Virus record (IMG/VR): IMGVR_UViG_2731957577_000001 | Coordinates: 64,001 to 128,000 of that record | Source: a virus | Lineage: Duplodnaviria > Caudoviricetes | Reading direction: 5' to 3' (one strand) | DNA: 64,000 nt | Shown: piece by piece, positions 1-9,881 of the stretch | Layout: each line of letters starts with the position of its first letter | Numbering within the stretch: the stretch's first letter is position 1 | Translations under genes and position numbers: made by a program | The notes under the pieces: model-generated | The model's database searches: none | Told to the model about the DNA's origin: nothing | The model's input: the letters and a program-made list of their open reading frames with translations, nothing else

Positions 1-2
1 AG

Positions 3-629
3 ATTTACAAGGAGATTGCCTCAGACATCGCGCAGTATTGCAAGAACAATACCTTGGATCTCAAAGTCTATGACGACAAGCGGATGTTCCGCATGGTCAA
101 CTCTTTACACAAGAAGAGCGGGCGCTATAAGGTGCCGATTTCCCATGCCGAATTCGAGCGCTTGAGCCTCTCGCAAATTCGGGATTTGGCGATACAACCG
201 AGATACGTGTTACCGCCGATGCCGCAAGTCAATCCAAGGGTCAAACATTCCATCCAGCGGGTCATCGACAAGTGGACACAGCGAATCAATCAACGCAAGG
301 AATTTGAAGGTCGCTTTAAAAAGCTGGAGCAGCTCCCGGTTTGTATCCAAACGATGCTGAGTGAGAAGAACTTCCGGGAGACCGTGGATGAACGAAACAA
401 CAGCGCCACAGCGCTCACGAGCTTCTTTATGCAACAGGGGATTGAACGCGAAGAAACCTTGGCACGGATGAAGCAGTGGAGCGAGGAACGCTGTCTGCCG
501 CCGCTTCCAGCCCGCGACATCGAGATCATTGTCAACTCGGTCTACAACGGTGGATATCGCTACGGATGCGAGAGTTTCCGGCGTTTGAGTGGCGTATGTG
601 ATCGAGACCACTGTCCTCTCTTTGCATGA
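3..629 (+). CDS. Primase/primase-polymerase (AEP-type), C-terminal part with PriCT-like and Cys-rich (Fe-S-like) region; 5'-truncated by window edge
   Basis: Frame open from position 3; 'YDDKRMFRMVNSLHKKSGRYK' AEP-like motif, 'ERNNSA..L', 'PPLP..DI..IVNS', terminal 'YGC...C....CP'; lies upstream of DnaB. Confidence 0.7.
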   Translation: MYKEIASDIAQYCKNNTLDLKVYDDKRMFRMVNSLHKKSGRYKVPISHAEFERLSLSQIRDLAIQPRYVLPPMPQVNPRVKHSIQRVIDKWTQRINQRKEFEGRFKKLEQLPVCIQTMLSEKNFRETVDERNNSATALTSFFMQQGIEREETLARMKQWSEERCLPPLPARDIEIIVNSVYNGGYRYGCESFRRLSGVCDRDHCPLFA

Positions 630-651
630 GGAGAAAGGAGCCGACGAGTGC

Positions 652-939
652 ATGTCATGGTTGTCTAAGATACTTTCGGCATTCCGTGGACCATCCAGTG
701 AACCATCCAGGAGCCTTGTGATGGATGAAAAGCTGATTGAAGAGATTCGCAGCACTCCACCTCCGCCAATCAGGAGCGTGCCAATTGAGTTTTTTCAACG
801 AGAGATCCGAATCGGCAATGACCGGTTTATCGCGCCCAAAGACGGTCAGGTTGTCGTGACATACGAAAACGGAGAAGTGCGCTCCGTTGAAACACGTGTA
901 CGGGAGGTAGTATACAGATGGCCGTTAGTGAGAAGCTGA
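652..939 (+). CDS. Hypothetical protein
   Basis: AAAGGAG RBS upstream of ATG 652; overlaps ferritin start. Confidence 0.55.
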   Translation: MSWLSKILSAFRGPSSEPSRSLVMDEKLIEEIRSTPPPPIRSVPIEFFQREIRIGNDRFIAPKDGQVVVTYENGEVRSVETRVREVVYRWPLVRS

Positions 940-1487
940 TGGGCGAACTCATTCGCCAGATGAACGAGGAGTTTATGAACGAGAAGATCTATTTGGCGAT
1001 GTCCTGTTATGCAGCCAGCCAGCACCTTGAGGGCTTTACGAAGATGTTCATCTATCAAGCCAAGGAAGAACATAAGCACGCCATGCGCTTTTTCCACTAC
1101 ATCGTCATGCAAGGCGGACGGCCGCGGATCTACCCGACCGATGAGCCACAGAACTTCTTTGATAGCATCACCGATTGTCTCCGGACTGCTGTCACACATG
1201 AACAGCAGACCACCGAGCGCATTTATCATCTGACACAGCTTGCCGAAGAAGAAAAGGAGTATTCCACGCAGGAATTCTTATCCTGGTTCCATCGGGAACA
1301 AGTTGAAGAGGTACACACCTTCTCGGATCTGTTGGCCCAAGCCGCGGCATTGGATAGTGATCCCGCCACACTGATGGCGTGGGATCACCGGATCTTCCGT
1401 CAGTATGAAGATGAGCAGCGATTCGCTGATGACGATTTCATGGGATTCAAGGATTATGAGGGAAAACCGAAGAAACATCGAGATTAA
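918..1487 (+). CDS. ftnA: Non-haem ferritin
   Basis: Ferroxidase pattern 'QMNEE..N..IYLAMS', 'QAKEEHKHA', 'HEQ..T..I', 'FLSWFHREQVEE'; GGAGG RBS. Confidence 0.9.
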   Translation: MAVSEKLMGELIRQMNEEFMNEKIYLAMSCYAASQHLEGFTKMFIYQAKEEHKHAMRFFHYIVMQGGRPRIYPTDEPQNFFDSITDCLRTAVTHEQQTTERIYHLTQLAEEEKEYSTQEFLSWFHREQVEEVHTFSDLLAQAAALDSDPATLMAWDHRIFRQYEDEQRFADDDFMGFKDYEGKPKKHRD

Positions 1488-1505
1488 GAAAAACGGATCT
1501 TATTA

Positions 1506-1534
1506 TTGAAGTGTATTACAACATCGTTTATACT
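1506..1534 (+). promoter_or_regulatory. SigA-type promoter with overlapping degenerate TGTAATGCATTACA operator (1507-1520)
   Basis: TTGAAG-17bp-TATACT; TGAAGTGTATTACA matches the palindrome at 11/14. Confidence 0.65.
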
Positions 1535-1648
1535 CAGGGTGCGAGTGCGTTCCTCCTTTTTGTCGTGGCACGAGGGAATGCCGTCTCCCTTGTGCAAGAA
1601 TCGCTCAAGGCAGCGGCGCTTGCAGAATGGAGACAAGAGGTGAATTCA

Positions 1649-2755
1649 GTGGAAGGCCTCAGCTTTGAAGAAGCCTTGCGGCAAGTACAATGGATGGAGC
1701 AACCCGCTCAACCCCAGGTGCAACAAGAGCCGTTCTCGACGGATGATATAAATCCTCATCGTTTGCGCGTAACCAATCCGGATGGGCTGCTCGGCCGGCC
1801 GCTGAATAAGATTGAGGCCATGATGCTTCAGAACATCGAAGCGGTGGATGAATACGCGTGGTCGCGCGGATCCCGAGGCGGTCTGGATACCGGATGGGAG
1901 CTGTTCAATGACGCCATCGAAGGCGGCTTACAGCCCGGTCTGATTCTCTTTGCCGCGGCACCGAACGTCGGGAAATCGGCCATGATGTTGCAGATTGCAA
2001 AGACAGTCTCAGAGCGAAACGAAAACGTCTATGTATCCTATCACTCACTGGACGACAGTAACAACGAGCTGCTTCCGCGCTACATCGCCTGCGACCAACA
2101 GATCAAGATCGCACAGGCCAAGATGCCTGAAAAGTTCTCGGATCAACCGGAGATCATTGAGAAACGCAACGAAGGGCTTCGGAATCTGTACCGAAACATC
2201 TACCGCTTTGGCATGTATGACTCCGAGAATCTAGGCACCAGTGTGGAAGCGATTGAACAACACATCAAGGACATCCTGATGGAGTTGCCAGAAGGCGTCA
2301 AACTCGTCATCTGCATCGACAGTTTCAATGACCTGACCGTGGAGTCACAGAAGTTTAGCAACAACGATGCGCGCAACGAGTATGTCGCCAAGATGCTCAA
2401 AAGCTGGACGGTTCGATACAACGCCGTCGTCATGTGTACGGCACACCTTCGGAAGACCAATGGCAAACGGCCAACGGTCGACGATCTCAAAGACACGATT
2501 CGACTTCAATACGAAGCCAACCTGATTCTCCTTTTGTACAACGAGGTCGGCATCAAAGAAGAGAATGCCGCGGTGTACTGGATGGATGAAGAAGAAGAGA
2601 CGAAGATGCCCGTCATCGAGTGCAAATTTGCGAAGAACAAGTTCAGTTCCTTTAAGGGAACGCGATTCTATGAGTTCTTCCCAGACTTCTCGTTCATGAT
2701 TGAAGCGCCCATCGAGGCGTGCCGAAGATACGCTTCGCTGATTTATCAAGGCTAG
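1649..2755 (+). CDS. dnaB: DnaB-like replicative helicase
   Basis: Walker A 'AAAPNVGKS', 'ICIDS', 'AHLRK...RPTVDDLKDT..LQYEAN', 'KNK'; GTG 1649 preceded by GAGGTG. Confidence 0.9.
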   Translation: MEGLSFEEALRQVQWMEQPAQPQVQQEPFSTDDINPHRLRVTNPDGLLGRPLNKIEAMMLQNIEAVDEYAWSRGSRGGLDTGWELFNDAIEGGLQPGLILFAAAPNVGKSAMMLQIAKTVSERNENVYVSYHSLDDSNNELLPRYIACDQQIKIAQAKMPEKFSDQPEIIEKRNEGLRNLYRNIYRFGMYDSENLGTSVEAIEQHIKDILMELPEGVKLVICIDSFNDLTVESQKFSNNDARNEYVAKMLKSWTVRYNAVVMCTAHLRKTNGKRPTVDDLKDTIRLQYEANLILLLYNEVGIKEENAAVYWMDEEEETKMPVIECKFAKNKFSSFKGTRFYEFFPDFSFMIEAPIEACRRYASLIYQG

Positions 2756-2766
2756 GAGGTGGTTTC

Positions 2767-3033
2767 ATGGAACTGCTAGACACCAAGAGTGCGCGGGTGG
2801 GATACATCCTTCAGACCTTTCCAGACGCGCGCAACAATGACAATCTGCTCTGCAAGCTCTATTGGGAACTCTTTGATGGCGCGACCGATTTGAATGACAT
2901 CATCTATGCGACGAAAGCCGAGGTCATTCGGCGCGCCCGACAGCTCTGGAATGCAAAAGGCATGTACATGCCCACCGACCAGAGAATCATCAACCGCCGG
3001 CTACGCGTCAAGCGGAGTCAGAAGACTACATAA
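2767..3033 (+). CDS. Phage hypothetical protein
   Basis: AGGAGG RBS; 'P.ARNND..L...YW...DG' and 'E.IRRARQ' patterns typical of small phage proteins. Confidence 0.6.
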   Translation: MELLDTKSARVGYILQTFPDARNNDNLLCKLYWELFDGATDLNDIIYATKAEVIRRARQLWNAKGMYMPTDQRIINRRLRVKRSQKTT

Positions 3034-3039
3034 AGGAGG

Positions 3040-3588
3040 TTGACTATGAGCGAGATGGTACATGTTGAATCCTCAGACAGCGCATTCGCCACGTTCCTAC
3101 AGGAGTATGTGCAGAGCAATATGACACAGCGAGTGCGCCTGGAAACCACGATTGAAGAGTACCAATCCCTTCGAGATTACGTGGCCGAGCGCATTGACGA
3201 TCAAATCAACCTGATTGAGCAGTGGCAAGAACAACTCAACACAGGGACAGGAATTGCCACGCCCGACATGCTCAACGTGGCCCAAGGTCGTCTCCAGCAA
3301 GACCGTGACTTGCAGGATGAGATCGACCGGATTCTTAACGATCTGAATGCCCACAAACATGAACTCAGCGATCGTGTCCACACCTATCTGATGGACCTAT
3401 CCAAGATTGAGATTCATAGTGGGGGATTCGTCGCACACATCTTTGGCTACAACCGGGATGTACAGTGGGATCCAGACAATTCGTCTTTGACGTTCACAGC
3501 CGCGGGAGCGCGCGCGGAAACCGCGGTTTCCGTCCCGCTGTCGAACTGGAGAGACTCCTCGAAGTTCACCATCATTCTCAAGAGTTAG
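3040..3588 (+). CDS. Hypothetical protein (coiled-coil N-terminus, beta C-terminus)
   Basis: 182-aa ORF with AAGGAGG RBS. Confidence 0.65.
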   Translation: MTMSEMVHVESSDSAFATFLQEYVQSNMTQRVRLETTIEEYQSLRDYVAERIDDQINLIEQWQEQLNTGTGIATPDMLNVAQGRLQQDRDLQDEIDRILNDLNAHKHELSDRVHTYLMDLSKIEIHSGGFVAHIFGYNRDVQWDPDNSSLTFTAAGARAETAVSVPLSNWRDSSKFTIILKS

Positions 3589-3601
3589 GAGGCCGCCACG
3601 G

Positions 3602-4600
3602 TTGATCTTTTCCTACTACTTGGACGTCGATAAGACCCATTTGATCAATATGAAGTTCAACGTCAAGCAGATCCTGGTCCAGAATTCCATGCTTCAAGTC
3701 ACGTTTGACGCAGTGGTCGAGGAAGTTCTGGATGGAACCGTGCTTCACTCGGAATCTCAAAGCGGTGCATTCACGCTCTCTTCCAGCCGCGTGGATGATC
3801 CCACATCTTCGGATGGATACGACATCAACTTCATCCGCACCCGATATGCGGATCAAAACAAGTGGATCTTTGAAATCCAGAACAACAGCCAACCCGATCA
3901 GGTTGTCCTCGTGGGGCTTTACAGCACAACGGCAACCGGAAACCCGCTGGGCGAGGACATCATTCAGGATGATGACTCCTACAACTTTATCCTGAAGGGC
4001 AACAACATCGGCCAACTCGAAGAAACGTATGTGCCGCCGGTGCTCACGCAGAATGTGGTCAACACGGACTTCTCACAGCTCGTGTTGCCGTACGGATTTA
4101 CCACGGTATCCGGCATATATGACTCTGCAGTGGGTAGGTTCTTGCTCAGTGACTTTTCGCATACGTTCCCGAACTCGATTGATCCGGATACAGCCTTTAC
4201 CCTGACGGCGAATCTCGCGCCGATGCAAACCGATTCCGTCAGTGACGAGATCTTTCATGTCACACTTCACGGCATTGGTCAGGTGACGTTGTACAAGACG
4301 TACTTGGCATACCTGCGGGAAGGTGACGACCCGAGCAACACGATAACGATCTTTTTCGGGGCATCGGCCGATCCAACTTGGTTCCTATCGCCTCCACCGT
4401 ACTTTACCGACAAATCAAAGTTCAGTGTCCAAGCGGACGGAGCCGGAGGCGTAACCGTCAAATACGCCGGAGTATCTTTGATTGGAAGTTATGACCCATC
4501 CAATCCATTTGCAGGCGTGGACCTGCAAGCCGCAGCGAGAGCAGACAAAAGTCTGGTGGTCTGCGCCTTTGACAACTACACCATTGAATTCTTCAAGTAA
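3602..4600 (+). CDS. Hypothetical beta-rich acidic protein (possibly virion-associated)
   Basis: 332-aa ORF with AGGAGG RBS; S/T/D/F/V-rich. Confidence 0.6.
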   Translation: MIFSYYLDVDKTHLINMKFNVKQILVQNSMLQVTFDAVVEEVLDGTVLHSESQSGAFTLSSSRVDDPTSSDGYDINFIRTRYADQNKWIFEIQNNSQPDQVVLVGLYSTTATGNPLGEDIIQDDDSYNFILKGNNIGQLEETYVPPVLTQNVVNTDFSQLVLPYGFTTVSGIYDSAVGRFLLSDFSHTFPNSIDPDTAFTLTANLAPMQTDSVSDEIFHVTLHGIGQVTLYKTYLAYLREGDDPSNTITIFFGASADPTWFLSPPPYFTDKSKFSVQADGAGGVTVKYAGVSLIGSYDPSNPFAGVDLQAAARADKSLVVCAFDNYTIEFFK

Positions 4601-4612
4601 GGAGCGAGATTC

Positions 4613-4945
4613 ATGCTGATTGGCTACACCAAGACCGTTGCCGAACTCCGGACACACATCAACAACCGAATCAATGACATCAAGATGCAGATCAACGAGA
4701 TGGAAAAGGAATTGCGGGATCTGGAGGCGGATATCCGATACAATCCACCCGAACGTGGGGTGCCGGATGACCGACTGAAGGACCGTATTCGTTTGAGCAC
4801 CGAGATTGACGATCTGCAAAATGATCTCGCCTGGCTTCAGGCCAAACTCGAAGAGGCCGAGAACTCCCAGGATCAAAACCAGTCGGTGTACCTGTCTCTG
4901 AATGACTGCATCCGGCTAGGGGTTACGGAAGACGAGGAGGCATAA
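4613..4945 (+). CDS. Coiled-coil hypothetical protein
   Basis: AAGGAG RBS; heptad pattern. Confidence 0.6.
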   Translation: MLIGYTKTVAELRTHINNRINDIKMQINEMEKELRDLEADIRYNPPERGVPDDRLKDRIRLSTEIDDLQNDLAWLQAKLEEAENSQDQNQSVYLSLNDCIRLGVTEDEEA

Positions 4946-4947
4946 GC

Positions 4948-5286
4948 ATGACAGAAGCCGAGCGCAGAGAACTGGTGGAGCGATACAAACAAGAACGAAT
5001 CCGGCAGGTCAACCTGACCGCCCCTAAGAGCGCCATCTATGGCAAGGAAGACATGCTGAATCTGCCGCGGCATCGCGTCTTGCATAAGTGTCACAACTTC
5101 GAGGAATGTCCGCTGTGCTACAAGTGCCGGGCCTACGACCCGAAATACGAATCCTGCCGGCGCTGTGTGCTGGCGAAAGAAGGTCTTTTGTGCGACACCT
5201 CCTATCATCGGACTGACATCATCAATCGCATGATCACCCGAGAAAGGATTGATCTGGATGCCAAAGAGCAACAGAGGGCCGTTTAA
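4948..5286 (+). CDS. Cys-rich (Zn-binding) hypothetical protein
   Basis: GAGGAGG RBS; 'CHNFEECPLCYKC...CRRC...C..H'. Confidence 0.6.
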   Translation: MTEAERRELVERYKQERIRQVNLTAPKSAIYGKEDMLNLPRHRVLHKCHNFEECPLCYKCRAYDPKYESCRRCVLAKEGLLCDTSYHRTDIINRMITRERIDLDAKEQQRAV

Positions 5287-5290
5287 CGGC

Positions 5291-5539
5291 ATGACGTGGG
5301 ACCAGGTCGCCCTCATCATGGCGTCCCAAGCGGCTTCCCGGCCTGTCTATTGTCGGTACTGTGGAATGGATATCACACGTCCATCCAGCAAACAGCCCAG
5401 CGGACCGAATGGCGCGTGGCGTGCGCATCTGGATTGGGAGATTCAAAACGAGGCTCACCTGAGTTGCCACGAGAAGTACGTCATCGAGCAACGCAAGCAA
5501 GCCATGCAACAGTTCCATCGAGGAGGAGCTATGTCATGA
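5291..5539 (+). CDS. Zn-finger hypothetical protein
   Basis: 'CRYCG...HLSC'; fits operon spacing. Confidence 0.5.
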   Translation: MTWDQVALIMASQAASRPVYCRYCGMDITRPSSKQPSGPNGAWRAHLDWEIQNEAHLSCHEKYVIEQRKQAMQQFHRGGAMS

Positions 5540-6024
5540 CAGACATGGAGAAGAAGTTGATGTTCCGCAGTGAAATTGAGAGCGTAGAAACCACGGAGAT
5601 TCGGGAATTCCTCATGGAGGCTATTGAGAAAGCACCCGACAGCTTCTTTGAAGATGAAGAACTGGTCTCCAAGGCCAAGAAAGCATTCCGTGTTGTCCAA
5701 CACCTGTTGGATGAGGAAAAGACCAAAGGCGGGGTACGGGATATCATTCTCGCCGGCACATTGCTCTGTGACACGCTCTACAACGAGATGCCCGAGCCGT
5801 TCAAGGCGTTGCATCCTTGTGCCCCACGCATTTACTTTGCCGATCTGAAACATGAAGTGCATCAGGCAATTTGGGATGGTATCTTCCAGATCATCGAGTC
5901 GCATGAACATGACGTCAACACATCGCCGTTGCTCGAAGCCAAAGCCGGCACGCCAGGGTACTTCGTATTCTTGGCGTACTCGTTCATGAAGCCTGACTTC
6001 GTAAATGTAACGATAGGCGAATAA
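5536..6024 (+). CDS. Degenerate HD-domain-like protein
   Basis: 'DIILAGTLLCD', 'HP', 'IIESH' resemble HD-fold helices but the HD dyad reads CD. Confidence 0.45.
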   Translation: MTDMEKKLMFRSEIESVETTEIREFLMEAIEKAPDSFFEDEELVSKAKKAFRVVQHLLDEEKTKGGVRDIILAGTLLCDTLYNEMPEPFKALHPCAPRIYFADLKHEVHQAIWDGIFQIIESHEHDVNTSPLLEAKAGTPGYFVFLAYSFMKPDFVNVTIGE

Positions 6025-6130
6025 TCGATATGCCGCCGGCCCCAATCCTAGGTTGGTTGGGGCTGTTCCATCTATCCAAGCGTTGCCCCATAGCGTCTTT
6101 CAAAAGTAAAATGCGAATACAACCGCTGTA

Positions 6131-6144
6131 TGTAGTGCATTACA
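6131..6144. promoter_or_regulatory. Palindromic operator upstream of nrdJ
   Basis: TGTAGTGCATTACA (13/14), downstream of TTGCCC-18bp-TAAAAT (6083-6112). Confidence 0.6.
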
Positions 6145-6195
6145 TAATGTGCATTGCATCGAGGTGACTATATACGACGTGGAGGCAAAGGAGCA

Positions 6196-8400
6196 ATGAG
6201 TGTACAGCTACGTGGTTTCCATAGGAAACTCTTTCAGACTCGATATGCTCAAAAGAGCCTGGATAAAGAAAGGTACATTGTACCGGGCGCCGATGTTGTG
6301 ACGTTGATTCGGGATGGGAAGTACCCGGTGCGTGAGACCGCCACCGTTACCCGTGTAGACGGCGAGACCGTTCACATGATCCTCACCAGCGGCGATATGG
6401 TAGGCCAAGAATTCAGCCAGAACATCGCTCATGTGGATGCGCTGGTGGAAACAGAATGGGAGCATGCATCGGAGCGCGTTTCAACCGCTGTGGCCGGGGT
6501 AGAGAAACCCGAAGTCCGCAAGTCCCATCAGAAGAAGTTCCATCATGCCATATCAAACTTTTTATTGATCCCAGCCGGCCGCATCCTCTCTGGCGCCGGA
6601 GATGACTCCTTCGTCACTCTGTTCAACTGCTATGTGACGGCAATCAAGCCACCAAAAGGCCAAGAACGGTATGGTCGCGACAGCCGTCAAGCGATCTTTC
6701 ACACGATGGGCTTCATCACGGAAATCATGGCGCGCGGTGGCGGGAATGGAACCTGTCTATCGGTTCTGCGACCGAAGTATGCGACGTTGTCTCAAACCAA
6801 GGGCAAGTCAGCGGGCGCGGTGCATACCGGCAACATGATCAGCTCCCTCACAGACTGGGTGGAGCAAGCCAACCGTCGTGGGGCCCAGATGCTGACCTTG
6901 CACGACTGGCACCCCGATGTATTCTATACCGCCGATGAAAACGACTCTCTCTATAATGAGGACTTCATTGGTGCCAAGAATAAGCCAGGCTTCATGGAAG
7001 GCAACAATTCCTCCGTTTTGGTGTCCGATGCCTTTATGCATGCGGTCGAACATGATTTGAATTGGGATCTTGTATTTCCGGACACCACGCATCCCGCCTA
7101 CAACCTTGAGTGGGATGGAGACCTCAACAAATGGAAAGCCAAGGGCTATCCGGTCAAAGTCTATCGCACGATCCGCGCGCGAGACATGTGGAAGAAGATC
7201 ATCCACTGCAATTGGCGTTCCGCCGAACCCGGCATCATCTTCATTGACACTTGCAATCGGATGCACAATGGCTGGTACCTCGGCACGATTATGGCCACGA
7301 ACCCATGCGGCGAGCAGCCGATTCTCGATGGCTCGACCTGCAACTTGGGCGCCATCAACTGGGGTCGCATGATTAAGCCGGTTGGAGAAGACGAGCTGGG
7401 AACCATCTATGACGTCGATTGGGATCTGCTGAAAAAGACCGTATGGGCAGGTGTCCGGTTCCTGGATAACGTCATTGACGTCAGCTTTTATTGGGACAAG
7501 GACCTTGAGCGTTGGCAAAAGGGGGAACGCCGTGTCGGCCTTGGCGGCATGGGCATCGCAGACTTCCTCATTGCCATGCGGAAGCGGTATGGCTCCAAAG
7601 AAGGCAACGAACTCATCGAGAAGGTCATGCGGTTCATTCGTGACGAGGCATACCGTTGCTCGATTGAATTGGCCAAGGAGAAAGGGCCATTCCCGTTCTT
7701 TGATCGCGACAAGTATCTGGAGAGTGGCTTCGTCAAGACCCTCCCCGAAGACATCCAGCAAGCGATCTATGAGCATGGCATTCGCAATTTGACCTTGCTG
7801 ACCTTTGCGCCGACCGGTACGACTGGCAGTGTCACGCCGTCCCTGCTCGATCCCGAAGGATCCGTGTCCACGGGTTGCGAACCCCACTTCGCCATGAAAT
7901 ATCACCGGCTTTCGCGGGTGGGTTCGACCATTCAATATGCAGGTGTCGCAAAAACATGGATAGATGAACATCCAGGACAGGAGCTTCCAGAGTGGTTTGT
8001 GGGTGCAATGGATCTCACCCCGGAAGAACACGTGGGTGTCCAAGCCGCGCTCCAGAAGTACGTCGACAGCTCCATTTCTAAGACCGTCAACTGTCCGGCC
8101 GATTACACGGAAGAACAAGTGGCCGAGGTCTACATGCTGTTATACAAGTCCGGCTGCAAAGGCGGGACCATCTATCGGGACGGTTCCCGTTATGAACAGA
8201 TCCTCAGCCTCACGGATGAAGAGGAAGCACCGGAGACGGCGGAAGAAAAGGCCGGGGAGACCAATGAGATGCCGGCGGTTCAAGACAAATATGCCAATTG
8301 GGAGTGCGTCGGTTGCGGCAGCAAATCCTTCGTACTTGTTGAGAATTGCCCGCAATGCACGGAGTGTGGTCTACAAGTGTGTTCCATTGGAGGACATTGA
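6196..8400 (+). CDS. nrdJ: Class II (adenosylcobalamin-dependent) ribonucleotide reductase
   Basis: 'PAGRIL', 'LFNCYV', 'RRGAQM', 'AEPGIIF', catalytic 'TNPCGEQ', 'CNLGAIN', 'APTGT', 'SISKTVN', 'KGGTIYRDGSR'; C-terminal Zn ribbon; no R2 subunit nearby. Confidence 0.92.
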   Translation: MSVQLRGFHRKLFQTRYAQKSLDKERYIVPGADVVTLIRDGKYPVRETATVTRVDGETVHMILTSGDMVGQEFSQNIAHVDALVETEWEHASERVSTAVAGVEKPEVRKSHQKKFHHAISNFLLIPAGRILSGAGDDSFVTLFNCYVTAIKPPKGQERYGRDSRQAIFHTMGFITEIMARGGGNGTCLSVLRPKYATLSQTKGKSAGAVHTGNMISSLTDWVEQANRRGAQMLTLHDWHPDVFYTADENDSLYNEDFIGAKNKPGFMEGNNSSVLVSDAFMHAVEHDLNWDLVFPDTTHPAYNLEWDGDLNKWKAKGYPVKVYRTIRARDMWKKIIHCNWRSAEPGIIFIDTCNRMHNGWYLGTIMATNPCGEQPILDGSTCNLGAINWGRMIKPVGEDELGTIYDVDWDLLKKTVWAGVRFLDNVIDVSFYWDKDLERWQKGERRVGLGGMGIADFLIAMRKRYGSKEGNELIEKVMRFIRDEAYRCSIELAKEKGPFPFFDRDKYLESGFVKTLPEDIQQAIYEHGIRNLTLLTFAPTGTTGSVTPSLLDPEGSVSTGCEPHFAMKYHRLSRVGSTIQYAGVAKTWIDEHPGQELPEWFVGAMDLTPEEHVGVQAALQKYVDSSISKTVNCPADYTEEQVAEVYMLLYKSGCKGGTIYRDGSRYEQILSLTDEEEAPETAEEKAGETNEMPAVQDKYANWECVGCGSKSFVLVENCPQCTECGLQVCSIGGH

Positions 8401-8442
8401 GTTTCATTGGAGGTGTGGCGAGCACCTCCGGTCCAGGAGGTG

Positions 8443-8652
8443 ATGCTTGTGAAGGGACTCGGTCTACGAGATGGAATCCGCCTCCTTCTTATGTCCGTCC
8501 TCATTCTCGGCGTCATGCTTTATCTCTCTTGGACCGTCAGTTTGGCGTTTGGGCTCTTCGTCTTGGTCTTTGGTGTGGTTGAAATCGGCACCGAACTGTT
8601 TTGGATCTGGCTTGTGCAAGGAGGTGAGGAACATGGACATCCGACAAGCTGA
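8443..8652 (+). CDS. Small membrane protein
   Basis: AGGAGG RBS; two hydrophobic stretches. Confidence 0.55.
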   Translation: MLVKGLGLRDGIRLLLMSVLILGVMLYLSWTVSLAFGLFVLVFGVVEIGTELFWIWLVQGGEEHGHPTS

Positions 8653-9109
8653 CCTCATTTTGGTGCGCGGCCATGGGCCAATTGAACGCATCATCGAACA
8701 CGTTACCGACAGCCCGTATTGTCATGTTGCAGGACTGGTCAAGGACAATGAACTCATTGAGGCCCAGGCTGGACACAAGATCGGATACCAAGCCCTGGAC
8801 TACTACGACGGTGTATCCGATGTCTTTACCTGCGACATGGCGACCGAGGAGCAACGGCAGCAGATCGTCGAATGGGTTGTCAACCGGCTGGGTGGTCATT
8901 ATGACTATCTGCTGATTGGTTGGGAGGCATTACACTACATTCTCCATGTCGACTTGCCTTACAACCCGGATCCGAACCGGTTTGACTGCTCCCAACTGTG
9001 GTCGGAAGCGTACCGCTCCGTCGGAATTGATTTGTGTCCAGGGATCAAGTTTCCCTCACCGGCAGACACCGCGAACTCTCCGGTACTCCGAAAGGTGGGC
9101 TCCTTTTAA
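8633..9109 (+). CDS. Permuted papain-like amidase (YiiX/YebB-like NlpC/P60)
   Basis: 'ADLILV', 'SPYCHVAG', 'IEA', 'YD', 'FDCSQL...Y', 'SPAD'; His precedes Cys. Confidence 0.8.
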   Translation: MDIRQADLILVRGHGPIERIIEHVTDSPYCHVAGLVKDNELIEAQAGHKIGYQALDYYDGVSDVFTCDMATEEQRQQIVEWVVNRLGGHYDYLLIGWEALHYILHVDLPYNPDPNRFDCSQLWSEAYRSVGIDLCPGIKFPSPADTANSPVLRKVGSF

Positions 9110-9144
9110 GGAGTCACCATACATAGCAGGGGGGAGGGGCTATC

Positions 9145-9591
9145 ATGGAACTGCTATCCGAGTATGTCAAACGCCAACGTAACAGACGTCGATGGGTCGT
9201 ATCCATCGATGAACTTGAACCGGACAGCTACCGCACGCCACTGACAGAACGACTGCGAGACTTTATCGGCCAGCCAATTACGCCAGATTTCCAGAATCGG
9301 TTACAGCGAACGTTCGATGAGTATTTTCAGGAGATGCAATATATCAACCCACTGTACCAACCGGAATATCTCTATGAGGATCACTTTGTGATCGTGCCGG
9401 GCGAACGCGAATTCAGGCTCTCACACATCCCTGAACCTTCATCGGTTCTCGTATGGATCAACGAGACTCTAGCCCATTTGTTTGATGACTATACCTTAGT
9501 CGGAGACACCATTGTGTTTTCCGAATCACCGAATCGGGGAGATCTGCGAGTCCAATATCTGGTTCGAGCGCGGAGGCCCGTATGGAACTGA
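9145..9591 (+). CDS. Hypothetical protein, MEL[IL]xxY N-terminal family
   Basis: Starts MELLSEYV; GGAGG RBS. Confidence 0.7.
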   Translation: MELLSEYVKRQRNRRRWVVSIDELEPDSYRTPLTERLRDFIGQPITPDFQNRLQRTFDEYFQEMQYINPLYQPEYLYEDHFVIVPGEREFRLSHIPEPSSVLVWINETLAHLFDDYTLVGDTIVFSESPNRGDLRVQYLVRARRPVWN

Positions 9592-9881
9592 TTTCGGTCT
9601 ATATCGATCAACACCGGCCAACGGTTCACATTGACGATTTGGACATCGAGATTGACCTCGAAAAGTTGCAAATCACCGTGAGGTCGAGGGAATCCAGGAT
9701 GCTCTGTGTGGAGCAATTGCTCTATGAGCTTGGGATCTACAGCGCCGAGGAACTGCCGTGGATTGACATGCAACCGCCCGTCTATCTCGATGAAAAGACC
9801 ACGGTTCACATTGACGTGATGCCCAAGTACAGAAGACGTTTGTGGGAGGCCGTAAATTGGAACTCATTGCTGAATACATGA
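9582..9881 (+). CDS. Hypothetical protein, MEL[IL]xxY family
   Basis: Starts MELISVYI; GGAGG RBS; overlaps upstream stop. Confidence 0.7.
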   Translation: MELISVYIDQHRPTVHIDDLDIEIDLEKLQITVRSRESRMLCVEQLLYELGIYSAEELPWIDMQPPVYLDEKTTVHIDVMPKYRRRLWEAVNWNSLLNT

